Positions 47,601-60,520 of a stretch of DNA of 64,000 bases are shown piece after piece. Each line of letters begins with the position of its first letter. The first letter of the stretch is position 1. This DNA comes from Pavona decussata (lineage: Eukaryota). The notes under the pieces are model-generated. The model was given only the letters and a program-made list of their open reading frames with translations. It made no database searches and had not been told where the DNA came from. The position numbers and the translations under genes were made by a program. Where the stretch lies: contig CDRNST010000281.1 in NCBI GenBank assembly GCA_977016875.1, positions 682,001-746,000 on the forward strand, given 5' to 3'.

Positions 47601-50600
47601 ATACCTAATCTATTGTAAATAGAGTCAATTTTCATTTTGCTGATTTTAAAGCGTTATTACATCAAAAAATTGAAATAGAAAAATACATAGCATTCAGCTC
47701 AAACAAATACAGCACTTTTTACGAAAAATGGGCCAGATTTTTAAATTGACAACTAATTTTAATGTTATTGCTTGTATAGTATTTTTGTTTTTTTTTTCTT
47801 TGTAGCTTAATAGTTTAAATTGTAATTGTAATTGTAAATTGTAAATTGTAATTGTAATTGTAACCTTTGTTGCATGTACTTAACAGTGTAGTGTATATGC
47901 CTTGTTTTCTCTCATCACTTATATTGCATGTAATATTTTATACGACAGCTCTGTAATGTGTGTTTGACTGTTAAATAAAGTGATTAAAAAAAATATTATA
48001 AGTGGTCCTTGAACAGTGTCAGAAGCTTTGTAAACTCAAATGAAAAGAAATAAACAACACCATCCAACGTGGCATGTTCATTCACAGAAGTAAAATTTTG
48101 ATCTATGCGCGCCGAACCCATTTAGTACCGTGCTGTCGTGCTTACATGGCAGTTTTTGAGCCTATCAGCAACCGTCATTTTGAGACGACAATATCACAAA
48201 ATAACGTCGTCTCAGCGCAATGCGAAGATCCCCCGGGATCGCGATAATCACATTATTTTTTTTTTTCTGAGGTAAAGTTATCTTAAATTTGTATTTGTTT
48301 CTCACATTTGCTACAGTGTGCAGTGTTGAGTAAAATCTGTAAATGTCGTGCAAACATGAAGTTTGATTTACGTGCAAATGTGACCAAAGTGAAGCAAATA
48401 TATAATTTTTTACCTCATTTGGCCACCCTGTAAATCCATTATCCTTGGAGCAAATGTGTAATCTTACTCATATTAACCGGCTTTTCTTTGCCTGTAAATG
48501 TCGTGCAAACATAAGATTTGATTCGTGTGCAAATATCACCAAAGTCGAGCAAACATTATATTTTACCTCATTTGCTCACCACGTAAATCTATTTTTCTTG
48601 GAGCAAATGTGTGCTGTTACTCATATTTACCGTAGAGTTAAAGTTGTCTGGAATGTGTACTTCCTCCCACACATTTGCAACGGTGTGTGAATATTGTGTA
48701 AATGCGGTATTTACCACGTTTGCTTTGCTTGTAAATGTCTTGTAAACACGATGTTTGATTTAGGCGCAAATATGACCAAAGTCGAACAAGCATACTGTTT
48801 TACCGCATATTTGGTACCCATGTAAATATGTGTTTTCTGGCAGCAAACGTGTGTCTTATCTTCACATTTACTGTAATGGTAAAGTTGTTTCAAATGTGTA
48901 CATCTTTCTCACATTTGCAACAGTGTATAAATATTGTGTAAATGCGGTATTTGCCATCATTGCCTTATACGCAATGTTGCAACAATACTTCCAGCGGTAT
49001 ATCGTAGGCGCTTAGTACCAGTCCCCTCGTGGACTATTCAAATATTTCGTTTTCGCGCCATAGTTTGTTGTTAGCCGTTGGTCTTCATGTTAATTTAGTT
49101 TCGCGACGCTTGTCCTATGTTGTTAGTTTTATATCCAGACTGTCAGGTACGTTCATGTTGTCCTTTGCCGTTTATCCTTCGTATTGCTGTTTTATTGCCT
49201 TTCGTTAGTATTATCTTGTAATTTATCGTTTGCCTCAGTGTATTTATTTGTTTCTGTTCCAGAAACCACTGGTTATGATTACCTGTAATTACAGTTAAGG
49301 AACTGTCATGGAAGTTTAATTAAAGTTACCGGTGTGTTCGCTACAGTTTCTGACAAGGATTACGCTACTGGATCGTCTATTCGTCTGTATTTTGGTCGAA
49401 TTATGTCGATGGTTCCTCCGTTGGACCAGCAAGCAAGCGATGAATTCGATCATGTTGAAAGGATTCGACAACCAAGTTCACGCCTCGACGTCGAAGGTGT
49501 CACTCGCGAAAAAATGCTTTCCCTCAAGAAGAGTCGAGCGGGTCATGATCACTTGGGATATCTAAACACGTTGTACAAAGACGTCGAATTACTGATGCAA
49601 AATTGCGAAAATTATCGCGAAGTTCGTGTGGTAAGGAAAGACGTTGAAGCCGCGTTCGGTAGATGTTTACAGGCATACGAAGAATATTACCAACTCGTGA
49701 TCGAGCCCGAAACGAAATCAGTGGCGCTGGATGATTATTGCAGCGTAATGATTAACAGAAAGGAGTTTGATGAACGTGTGGAAGAATGGCTTCGGAAAGT
49801 TGAAATGCCACCGTCCACTCATGAACAGAATTTGAACACCTTTGCTCGTCACGTCTCACCTTCACAGGTTGAATCAGGGACCTGGAAGTCAAAGAGTTCA
49901 AAGTCGAGTTCGCGTGCAAGTGACAAATCGAAAAAGGCTAAAGCTGACTTACTTCGCCGAGAAGTGGAACTAAAGAGCCTCATGAAGCGCCAGGAAATGG
50001 AGCGAGAAATGGAGCGGCAAATTGCTGAAATGAAAACTCAGGAAGATGAACTCAAACGTCGCATCGCGTTATTAAAAGCAGAAGAAGAAATAGAGAAAGC
50101 CAAGGCGACTGATGGAGTTTACGTAGGCACCGAATACCCTAAGTCTGAGAGGAAACCAGTCTACAAAGAAGAAGTGGGTGGAAAACCCTTAGCCAGACCA
50201 CCTCTTCCCCGTGAGGACCCAAATCAAGTACGGAAAAATTATTCGAGATCGGAGCTCAACCCAAGCGCGGAGCCGTGGCACCCGGGACCTCCCCGGACCG
50301 CTGCCAGTGGTGCAAATCTCCTTGGATCGCAACAGCTGCAACAAGTTTTGGGGCAACAACACGAAGCCTTACAGATGATGGCTCATCCCCTCCAACAAGC
50401 ACTTGAAATGCCGAAAAGAGAGCTCCTAACCTTTGATGGCAATCCACTGAGCTACTGGCTGTTCGTTAACAACTTTGAAGTCAACATCGCAAAAAGGGTT
50501 CGAGATGCCGAATCAAGACTCACCTACCTTATCCAGCTCTGCACTGGAAAGGCCAGAGAGGCCATCAAGAATTGTGCTATAATATCTCCACCAGAACAAG

Positions 50601-53600
50601 GTTACGAGAAGGCTAAAGAGATCCTCTGCCATAGGTTTGGCCGGAAACATGCCATTGCGCATGCGCACATCGCGAAGATAGTGGACGGTTCTCAGTTAAG
50701 AGCTACGGATGTTGTTGGTTTGTCTGATCTATCCGTTGAGATGCAGAACTGCGCACTGACCCTCGTTCAAATGGGTTACGAAGCGGATATAAACAGCTCC
50801 GACAAACTCGTGAAGATAATGAGACGCCTCCCTGTTCACTTGCAGTCTAAGTGGGCTGACACCGCTGGCCAGCTGACCTTACGAGGAGTTGAGCCGACTT
50901 TCTCGCATTTGGCGAAGTTCGTGGAGGAAAGAGCTATGTTGGCCAACACAATGTATGGAGAATTTGTGGGTTCATCTCCAGAGAAAGAGCGGCGTTTTAA
51001 TCAGCAATCAAAGGAGAAAACCGCTGACCACCGAAGCAAAGGGAAGAGCTTTGCAACGCAAATTGGAACCAGAGATGGATCTCATCCAAACGTTACTTCT
51101 CCCGTTTCCAGTTGTCCTCTGTGTTCTGGTCAACACTGGCTTGCGAAGTGTGAACGTATGAAAGCGATGACCCCAGGAGAGAGGAAAAGTTTCGTCAGAC
51201 AGGCAGGGCTGTGTGATAATTGTTTTGGAAGAGGTCATATAGCCATAAATTGTGGAAGCAAGATGAAATGCCAAGTGAATGGCTGTGGCTGGAAACATCA
51301 CACCATGTTGCATCTTCAGAGGAAGAACAATGATGGTAACACCCCTCCTAACAAAGCAGCAGCCACCCCTGATGCGAATAGTGTCAGTATCGATATCGTC
51401 AGCGGGGCAGGAGAGTCTGGTCGTTGCAGTGCCACAGAGTCTGGGAAGAACAAAGTTTGCTTAAGGATTGTTACAGTCGTTGTGAAGGGACAGGGCCAGA
51501 AGGGTGAAATTGTGACAAACGCCTTGCTCGACCCAGGATCAGCCGTGTCGTAATGTGATGTTGGCCTGTTGGAGAAACTTGGCGTGTCTGGTCTTCCAAA
51601 GGAATTCACGCTAACAACCGTTAACGGGGCATCTGATTGTCAAAATGGACTCGAGGTCTCTCTGGTGGCGAGGGGAATTAACCTGCATGAAGAAATCACG
51701 CTAATTAGGGTCTGGGCTGTAGACCCTTTACGTCTGCCTCGAGGGGGTGCTCCCACAAAGAAAGATACTGATAAGTGGTCTCATCTCAAGGGGATACATT
51801 TTCCCAGAAATCAGTCTGACGAAGTGTCGTTACTCATCGGCTGTGACGTTCCTGAAGCTCACTGGGTGTGCGACCAGAGGCGCGGTAGGCGTGGTCAACC
51901 TTATGCTGTATGCACCCCTCTCGGATGGACTCTCATGGGACCTTTGAATTCATGCACAAACAATTGTTTCAGTGTGAACTTTGTTCGCCATGATGATGCA
52001 ATGCTTTACCAGCAAATGGAGAGAATGTTTAGGAATGACTTTAACGAGCCTATTGTAGCCTCAAAGACTGCGATGTCCGTAGAAGACCGTAGAGCCTTGG
52101 CGCAAATGGAAACTTCCGTGAAGATCGTGAATGGTCACTATCAACTGGGGTTACCGTGGAGAAAGAAGTCTGTACGCCTTCCAAACAGTCGAGAAATTGC
52201 CATGAAGAGACTGAACAACCTAAAGAAACGCTTTCAGCGCGATCCACACCTGTTTGAGAAGTACAAGGAAACAATTGACTGTTACGTCTCAAGTGGTTAT
52301 GCAAGGCAAGTGCCCCATGAAGAACTAGAAGTTAATGAAGATACACTAGTCTGGTACCTGCCCCATCATCCAGTTTTCCATCCACAAAAGCCAGGAAAGG
52401 TTAGAGTTGTCTTTGATTGCGCGGCCAAGTTCAAGGGCACATCGCTGAACGATCAGCTGTTGCAGGGACCAGACCTGACGAATGGACTTGTTGGTGTCCT
52501 CATACGCTTCCGTCAAGAACCGGTTGCAGTGGTGGCCGATATAGAAGGCATGTTCCACCAAGTTCGTGTGGCCCCTGAAGACTGTCATGCGTTGAGATTC
52601 CTTTGGTGGCCCAATGGTCATTTGACAGAAGAGCCGGTCGATCACCAAATGCTTGTACACTTGTTCGGTGCCACGTCATCGCCTAGTTGCGCAAGTTTTA
52701 GCCTGAAGAGGACGGCTTTGGATAATCAAGGCGAGTTCGATTCCGAAACTATCGAGACCGTCAGTCGGAACTTTTATCTGGATGACTGCTTAAAGTCCAT
52801 GGCTACCACAGAGGAAGCAGTACGACTGTCCAGCCAGTTGCGAGAATTGCTGTCTAGAGGAGGGTTCCGCCTGACCAAGTGGATAAGTAACGACAGGAAC
52901 CTAATCGCTTCGGTACCAATGACGGAGAGAGCACCCTCAGTTGTCAACCTTGACTTGGATGATCTTCCTACAGAACGGACATTGGGTGTCCAGTGGGACA
53001 TGGAGACAGACAGCTTCAGTTTCCGAATTTTGGACCAGGAAAAGGCCCCAACGCGCAGAGGAATATTGTCGGTCGTTAGCTCGATGTATGACCCCCTGGG
53101 GTTCGTGGCGCCAGTAATCCTTCATGCAAAGAGCCTACTTCAGAGCTTGTGTAACCAGAAATATGGATGGGATGAAGAAATATCGGAAGAGGATTACGTG
53201 ACTTGGCGAGGATGGCTACGAGAACTAAACAGTTTAAGAACATTATCAGTACCTAGATGTTTCAAGTCTTCAGGGTTTGGCGCAGTTGCCAGAGTTGAGC
53301 TACACCATTTCTCCGACGCATCAGAATCTGGTTACGGTGCTGTGTCGTATCTACGAATTGTTGATGACGAAGGCGTCGCTCACTGTTCCTTTGTCCTTGG
53401 TAAATCCCGCGTAGCGCCCCTTAAAGTGATGTCTATACCACGTCTTCAGTTAACAGCTGCTGTGGCTGCGGTGAAGCTAAACTGCCTTATTCGAAACGAG
53501 CTTGAGTACCCCATAGATGACACCATCTTCTGGACAGATTCCACCGTGGTTCTACAGTACATTCGTAACGAGTCAAGAAGATTTCAAACGTTTGTCGCTA

Positions 53601-56600
53601 ACAGAGTCGCCATGATCCACGAGGAGTCTACCCCCAAACAGTGGAGACACGTCAACACTGAGTCTAACCCTGCAGATGTGGCCTCTAGAGGAGCGAAAGG
53701 TTCAGAGCTGGACAAAGTGGATCTCTGGCTTCATGGTCCAATGTTCCTACGAAAGGATGAAGCTTCTTGGCCCGAACAACCCTTGCACTTGCCGGATTTG
53801 TCTGGAGACGACAACGACATAAAGAAACCGACAGGTCATGCGAATTTAATTGCCAGGGGAAAGGGGATAGAGTTGCTGTTTTCCCACTATTCGTCTTGGG
53901 ACAGTCTACGTAAGGCGATTGCCTGGATGGCAAGATTTAAGAAGTATATGTTGAGTCGAAAGCCTGAAGCTCAACATCATGTCCCCAGAGGGCCTCTGAC
54001 TGTACCGGAAGTTATTGACGCCGAGAAAGACATTGTCAAAGTCGTTCAGAATGAAGCCTTCTCGAAAGAAATAGATGCGCTTAACGAAACAGCACCAGGA
54101 AGCAGGAAGAAGTGCTTACCACGTACAAGCCCAGTACGCGATCTAAACCCTTATGTGTTGGATGGAATATTAAGAGTAGGAGGACGCCTCGAGAATGCTT
54201 CAGTCTCCTTTGAAGTTAAACACCCTATTATTCTGCCAAGCAAACACCACGTGACCAACTTAATAATTCAGAACTGTCATCGCCAACAGGGACATTCCGG
54301 TCCTGCTCATGTCCTGGCTGCTATTAGACAGAAATTTTGGATACTGCGAGGGCTTTCTGCGGTACGTAAAGTATTGGCAAGATGCATCGATTGTCGCAAA
54401 CGGAATGCTCGTCCTGGTGAACAGATTATGGCCCCTCTCCCAGCTGCGAGAGTTGCTCCTTTCGACCCACCGTTCACACACGTAGGAGTGGACTACTTTG
54501 GTCCTCTGTTTGTGAAGCAAGGACGCAGTGAGGTGAAACGCTATGGTCGCTTGTTCACATGTCTTACCATGAGGGTGGTGCACATTGAAGTCGCGCACTC
54601 TTTAGAGGCAGACTCTTTTATCTGCGCATATCAGCGTTTTGTCAGTCGTCGGGGCGGGCCTCGAGCAATGTACAGCGATAATGGAACCAACTTCACCGGC
54701 GCGGAACGAGAGCTGAGAGAAGCATTCGAGCGCCTTGATCAGAAGCATGTGTGTAACCGACTTAGGAAGGACGACGTCCCGTGGTTTTTTAACCCGCCAG
54801 AAGCCAGTCACCAAGGAGGAATTTGGGAGCGCATGATAAGGTCCGTACGGAAGATCCTCGCCGCCCTGCTAAAAGAGCAGCGGATCAACGACGAAACACT
54901 GTCAACCCTTTTGTGCGAGGTGGAGAAGATCCTCAATGATCGACCGTTGACTCCCCTTAGTGACCACCCGGACGATCCAGAACCGTTGACGCCCAATAAG
55001 CTGTTGCTCCTCAAGTCTAACAGCTGCCTACCTCTAGATGTCTTCACAAACCAAGACAAGTACAGCAAGCGTTGGCGCCAAGCACAGTGTCTGGCTAATG
55101 CATTCTGGAAAAGGTGGATGAAGGATTACTTGCCCGTGCTTCAGAGGAGACAGAAATGGTACTTCCGTCGCCGTAATTTCGCTATTGGCGATTTAGTCCT
55201 GGTCATTGATGAGAAAGCGCCACGAGGGCGCTTGCCGATGGGTCTTGTCGATGAGGTCTTCCCAGACAGCAATGGCCATGTCCGTAGCGTGAAAGTGAAG
55301 ACGGCATCATCCGTGTGTAAACGAGACATCAGAAAGTTGTGTCTGCTTGAAGGAGTTCAATTTTCAGAGACTTGATTTCAAGTGTTACCTGTGGAGAACT
55401 TTGAGCTTATGAACTTATGAACTGCGTAATATGAACTGTGTATTATAGGTAGTTTGTTGCTTTAAGTTAGAATTAGCCCGGGTTGCTAATTCGGGGCCGG
55501 GATGTTGCAACAATACTTCCAGCGGTATATCGTAGGTGCTTAGTACCAGTCCCCTCGTGGACTATTTAAATATTTCGTTTTCGCGCCATAGTTTGTTGTT
55601 AGCCGTTGGTCTTCATGTTAATTTAGTTTCGCGACGCTTGTCCTATGTTATTAGTTTTATATCCAGACTGTCAGGTACGTTCATGTTGTCCTTTGCCGTT
55701 TATCCTTCGTATTGCTGTTTTATTGCCTTTCGTTAGTATTATCTTGTAATTTATCGTTTGCCTCAGTGTATTTATTTGTAACCACTGGTTATGATTACCT
55801 GTAATTACAGTTAAGGAACTGTCATGGAAGTTTAATTAAAGTTACCGGTGCGTTCGCTACACGCAAATCTCGTTCAAACATGAAGTTTGGTTCTGAGCAA
55901 ATATGACCAAATTTGACAAAAAGTGGTATTTTCTTCACATTTACCACCGTTTGGGTACTATTGTAAATCCGTTTTTTGGTGCAGTGTAAGCCTGTTAAGT
56001 TTGGCCGTCTTAGATTAGTATTACAAGTAGGAGTACTTTTAAACTGTCCCGAGAAATATATAGTAAAAATAAACAATATTTGCAAGCCGTTATTCGCGTT
56101 GTTATTTTTCACTGGCACAGCATGAATGGAGAAAGGAAATCCGAGTTCTCCACAGGCGGCAGATAAATTAACTATCCCCATCTAAACCGTGATAATAACG
56201 TTAAAATTTGGGAATGGCGGCCATCTTGGATCTCCCGATTTCTTCATAACTTCAGAAAGTTGCAAAACTGACCTAAAACTCATAACCAATAGAAGAAAAC
56301 AAAAATTGAGTGAAAAAAATGGAAGTTGCCTTGAGAAATGTCATAAGTGTTCACGAAAGTACTACTGTAATACTGTAATAGGTCCCATTTAATCAAAGAG
56401 CCTGTGGCATAAATATCCCCATTTCGTATTTCTGTCATAAACTTACACTTGATTTTTAGATGAAAAGTACGACTACACAGTCACTGTGTACACCGGAGAC
56501 ATAAAATTGGCAGGAACTGGTGCCAGGGTGTTTGTTGAGATATTTGGTAGGATAAAAAACTCAGGAGAAGTAGAATTGGTAGGAACCAAGGAACAGTTCG

Positions 56601-57346
56601 AGCGGGGCAGGTAAGTGATGTTACTTATAAAAACACGACCTTCCGTTTAACAACCAGAAAACAGCTTGGAGAAAAGACTTACTACAACATCAGATTTTAA
56701 CGATGTCCGTCTTTGAAACTCACAATGCTTTCCATCACTGTAGTGGATAGTTTTAACGTAACGCAGGGAATGACTTTATATTCTATGCATGTTTACCGTC
56801 TTATTTAGCTGCAAAGAAATCAATGGTTGAGGTCACTTGAGTTTAGTGTGGTAGACTTAAGGGATAGATAGCACGTCTAAAGATGTCTCTTTTGAGGTCC
56901 GCTCCGCAAAGAGATGATCTCATATGACGTGGTAGTTAGGACAAGATTTCCCAATGGCGGCCATCTTGGATCCTCCATCTTGAATTTTTTATTTTCTCAA
57001 AACTTCAGGAAAGCGCCGAAATGAAGCAAAAAGTAATTAAAACCAATAAAGGAACACTTATATGAGCTAGAAACGTAAAAGTTATGGGAAGAAAGGTGAT
57101 TTTTTTATTTTAAAAATGGATTTTATATTTGCTGAAAATCCTGCCTGTCAAAAATTGGTTGCCAAGGAAACATCAAAGTCAGTCATCATTAACCAACGAC
57201 ACCAATTTTTTTTTCCAGACAGGCTTCTAAAAGGTTTAGAAGTTCAAGGGTATTTGCTCAAATATTCCGGTTCAAAGTCGCCGCGCGTACAACTCCTCAC
57301 CCCCTGTGTAGATACGATTAAGTATAGCAAAAAAAAGAACAAAAAA

Positions 57347-57382
<36 letters not shown>

Positions 57383-59740
57383 ACAAAAAGACAGGTAAAC
57401 AAAGTTTACTATAGTAAAACTCATAAGCTCGCTTTAACACTTCCCAGATGGTGCTTTGAGGTAAATATGTCAATCTAATAAAAGGAAGATGACAGATGAG
57501 AATAAATGAATCTTTTTCTATCAAGAACCTTCTAGAAAAGCAGGATAGAAAAGTATTTAGTAAGGTATCAGGCATAGACCGACACCCTCTAAGGGGACTA
57601 TTACCCAAGAAGAAAGTATCGACTTACAATTTAAGGAATCAAACAAGTCAGTATCCGAATGTTAATACAGGTAGATTCAAGAACTCTTACGTTAATCGAC
57701 TAATTTTTAAATACAATTTGGCTATGTAGGTACTTTTTTACTCAAATACTCAATTGTGACATAAGATATGTATTTTTTATCTTATGAAGAAATAAAGACT
57801 TTTTTATTTTATTATTTATTATTTTATGAAAAAGCTCGTCAGTCCACCCATGTTCCTGGACGCGATGTCACTTCCATTGCGGCTGTTCTATTTCTTATTA
57901 TCGCAATCCGAAAAGCTGTGAGATTTAGGTTTCTGACACTCTTCCTTCACTTTGAAAGAAAACAATGTGATCTCACTAATAATCTTCTCGTAGCAAGACT
58001 GATAAATAGATTACGTGAACGATGACGAAGACAAGCTTTGGCAAGACGTAGGGGAGGACAAAATTTATATTTCCAGTTTACCTCGAATTGAAAGAGAAGT
58101 TGTCACGCAAACTGCTGGAAGTCGAAGATTGCGGGCAAAGAAAAGTAAGAGCTTAGAGCTGGCGCGATATTCACTCCATGCATTCACGAATTCCGAAATG
58201 CATTTCAAACAACTATATAGACAAGTTGTCAGTGAAATAAACAAAGTGAAGATAAACACGTGATAAACCGTATCGTTTCAGGTAGTGTAATTATAGTAAA
58301 CTTTGATTTTTTTATTACCGCCGTAGCCAACGCAAGATACCAGACGTGTGTTTACTATGGTAAAGTGAAAAAAGCCGGTCACATTCAAAAAAGGTCTTTA
58401 CCATAGTAAACTTACCTTTATTACAGCTAAAAAGGCCTATTTGACCTCAACCAATAAGGCTGGTGTAGTGTTTCCTTACCTTGCCCCAAATATTTATTTA
58501 CTTTGGACAGTAAAAACCAGCATTTTTAAATTCTAATTCAATATTTTATTAAGAAACTTTCGGTCACTTAACGTGGTTTTCAGAAAGGTCCTATAAAGAT
58601 TAAATATACAAAAGGTTAAAAAATACAATATATAAGAACAAATTACAAACTGATAAAAACAGCAATTCAAACTAGAAGCTGAAACTACAAAGATATCATC
58701 GATGGGGTTAACTTCAAATTGAAAAAAAAAAATGATCAAAGCAAAGAAGCTAAAACTACAAAAATTCTTACCGGTAGGGTTAATTAAAAAAAATCTGGCA
58801 AACATGTTTCGCTTAAAAGTAGCNNNNNNNNNNNNNNNNNNNNNNNNNNNNNNNNNNNNNNNNNNNNNNNNNNNNNNNNNNNNNNNNNNNNNNNNNNNNN
58901 NNNNNNNNNNNNNNNNNNNNNNNNNNNNNNNNNNNNNNNNNNNNNNNNNNNNNNNNNNNNNNNNNNNNNNNNNNNNNNNGAGTGATGACAAACTCTCTGC
59001 TTTCCCCAATTTCTGGTAACACGGGGTAGTCTGAGCATGTCTTTGTTCCTTGTATTATATATTGACACAAAGGCAGGAGAATCGGCGACCTTTTCATTCT
59101 TATCGCTGCTTTGTTTCAGTGTGGATACATTTAATGTCACTTTACCAAACTTGGGACGACTGACCATGCTGACGGTCAGACACGACAACGGAGGAAAGCA
59201 TTCGGGTTGGTTTTTGAGCAAGGTAACCACGCCGTTGTTGTTATTTCTAGTCTGTTGTAATAGCTAGCCCACTTCCTATCACGTCACGTACCCCTTTAGC
59301 TTTGGTGACATTATTGAACTGGTTAAAAATTAATTGCAGTAATCACTTCCTTTCAATTTAATTTCTGATCCCTAACTAGCTGTTATGAATCTTCTCGTGC
59401 TTAAAACTACCAACCCAGCTACCCTCCTTCACACTTTCTTTCTCCCATTTATACCGACTTTCATTCGGAGGAGGAAAATCACCCTTAGAGCACCCTTATT
59501 TTGACATCAATAAAGCAATAAAGCTACAAAGGTTGCTAGTGAGTCTTATAGCATTATTTTTTTAATTAAAATGTGATCCAGTAGTATTGAAAGTGAGTCT
59601 GTTCTTGCTAATCTAATAACATTGTTACTTTCACCCTGCAGATTCGTGTGCGAAATGCTAAAAAGGGCGTGGATCTTTCATTCGTGAGCTCATGTTGGAT
59701 CTTGGACCCTCCCAACAAGAAAACGTTGTTTCTGTTTTAG
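38489..59740 (+). CDS. Gene B: secreted PAN/apple-like, EGF, 2x cbEGF, PLAT/LH2 protein (predicted 351 aa)
   Basis: Exons 38489-38573, 40165-40418, 41507-41624, 41745-41867, 42826-42948, 56460-56610, 59120-59222 and 59642-59740 join in compatible phases to 1056 nt without internal stops. The link across the 13.5-kb intron is inferred from phase and from the absence of another visible start exon. Confidence 0.65.
38810..39080. mobile_element. Short non-autonomous insertion specific to gene B intron 1
   Basis: Absent from the gene A intron near 11157. ATAATAAA / TTTATTAT ends and internal inverted repeats. Confidence 0.65.
42002..42345 (+). pseudogene. Two dead tandem copies of the cbEGF exon (42002-42124 and 42260-about 42345)
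   Basis: ~257-bp exon+intron unit repeated three times from 41745. Copy 2 has TGA at 42034 and two further Cys losses. Copy 3 lacks a Cys and is truncated. Confidence 0.85.
44330..47200 (-). mobile_element. Decayed, 3'-truncated Gypsy LTR retrotransposon
   Basis: PBS-like TGGTGGCAGCAG at 47128-47117. Zinc knuckle CWYCKESGH, protease WLIDTGA near 46140, RT SPWSSPVVLV / MPFGLCNAP / YLDD, RNase H LDTDASDHGVGAV. Many frameshifts and no integrase seen. Confidence 0.88.
47250..47995 (+). mobile_element. 3' fragment of an L1/Tx1-type LINE
   Basis: FQYKIIHKIL...CPYC...THLFVSC...FW zinc-binding C-terminus, followed by a T-rich UTR, AATAAA and an A tail near 47975-47993. Confidence 0.75.
48270..48974. 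repeat. Degenerate tandem repeat (TGTAAATGTCGTGCAAACA...ACCAAAGT units), continuing at 55862-55970
   Basis: Related units near 48338, 48493, 48730 and 55862. The array is split by the BEL insertion. Confidence 0.7.
48975..55861 (+). mobile_element. Full-length BEL/Pao LTR retrotransposon
   Basis: LTRs 48975-49345 and 55503-55861 (TG...CA), differing by 4 substitutions and a 12-bp indel by my count. TSD CGCAA at 48970-48974 and 55862-55866. Purine-rich tract before the 3' LTR. Confidence 0.97.
49403..55375 (+). pseudogene. BEL/Pao gag-pol polyprotein with one in-frame stop (51551-51553)
   Basis: Gag with triple Cys/His fingers, protease ALLDPGS, RT (WYLPHHPV, KVRVVFD, NFYLDD), RNase H (HHFSDAS), integrase (GVDYFGP, SDNGTNF, GGIWER). 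Both ORF halves are in the same frame. Confidence 0.93.
56460..59740 (+). CDS. PLAT/LH2 domain in three exons
   Basis: YTVTVYTGDIKLAGTGARVFVEIFG...FERG | SVDTFNV...LGRL...VRHDNGGKHSGWFLSK | IRVRN...CW...stop, with canonical GT-AG sites in phases 1, 2 and 0. Confidence 0.88.
57480..57800 (+). mobile_element. Short 3' end of a LINE
   Basis: HPL...YNLR...RFKNSYVNR C-terminal motif typical of CR1/L2-group ORF2 ends, then AATAAA. Confidence 0.55.
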
Positions 59741-60520
59741 ACTTCTTTGTTCCCGAGTCCGAGGCAATTGAATTACACAATTAGGATGTTTGCTAGGTCT
59801 CCATAAAAACATGTAATCTGAAAGTTTTTGTGATTTAACTAGACGCATTTTTCCTTTTATAGAAGGAAGAAAATGTCTTCATTTAAAATACTTACCATTT
59901 AACCCCGAATTTCTCCTAGCTAAAAAATCCCTGATTTCACTGTATTTCTTTGAAAGATGCTCAAATACTTGATAAGGAACATTTTCCCTCAAACGAAATT
60001 TTTTCTTACAATGCCAGGAGGAAAATGTTTATTAGTCACTTCTCGTTGAAAGAAAAAACGTTAATTAAATAATTTCTTCCAAACACACAGTAAGAGCTTG
60101 GAAAAATGTGGCCATTTTCTTAAGCTGTAATCAATTTCCATCCTGGCTTTCCCAGCCAGGAGTAATTGTTTTGTTGACAAAAGTGAACTATTATTTTAAA
60201 ATTTTCATCACCAGAAATAAACACCAGCCAAATCGAAAGGTCTGCTACTTTGCCCGCTGAACACTGATTTCATTGTATATATTTATTAGTTATATAACCT
60301 GCATCTATGTTTGCTGTAGTTTTGATCTTCTCTCTTCTGATGCTAAGCAAATACAGTGCAAATAGTATGAAATTAAGTGATTTAATTTGAATTTATTTGA
60401 CTTTCTGTTTATGTTAATGATATTCCTTAAGCGATGTCCGTTTTAATTAATTAAGCGTAGGCGACTGGTAACCCACAGTGACTAAGGGACTATTTCGAAC
60501 GCCATTAAGTGAATCGACAT

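Noticed and set aside
51551-51553. Programmed stop-codon readthrough between gag and pol
   Set aside because: The TAA falls a few codons after the protease active-site motif, where Leu (TTA) fits. BEL/Pao elements normally have one ORF, and other conserved residues are also mutated.
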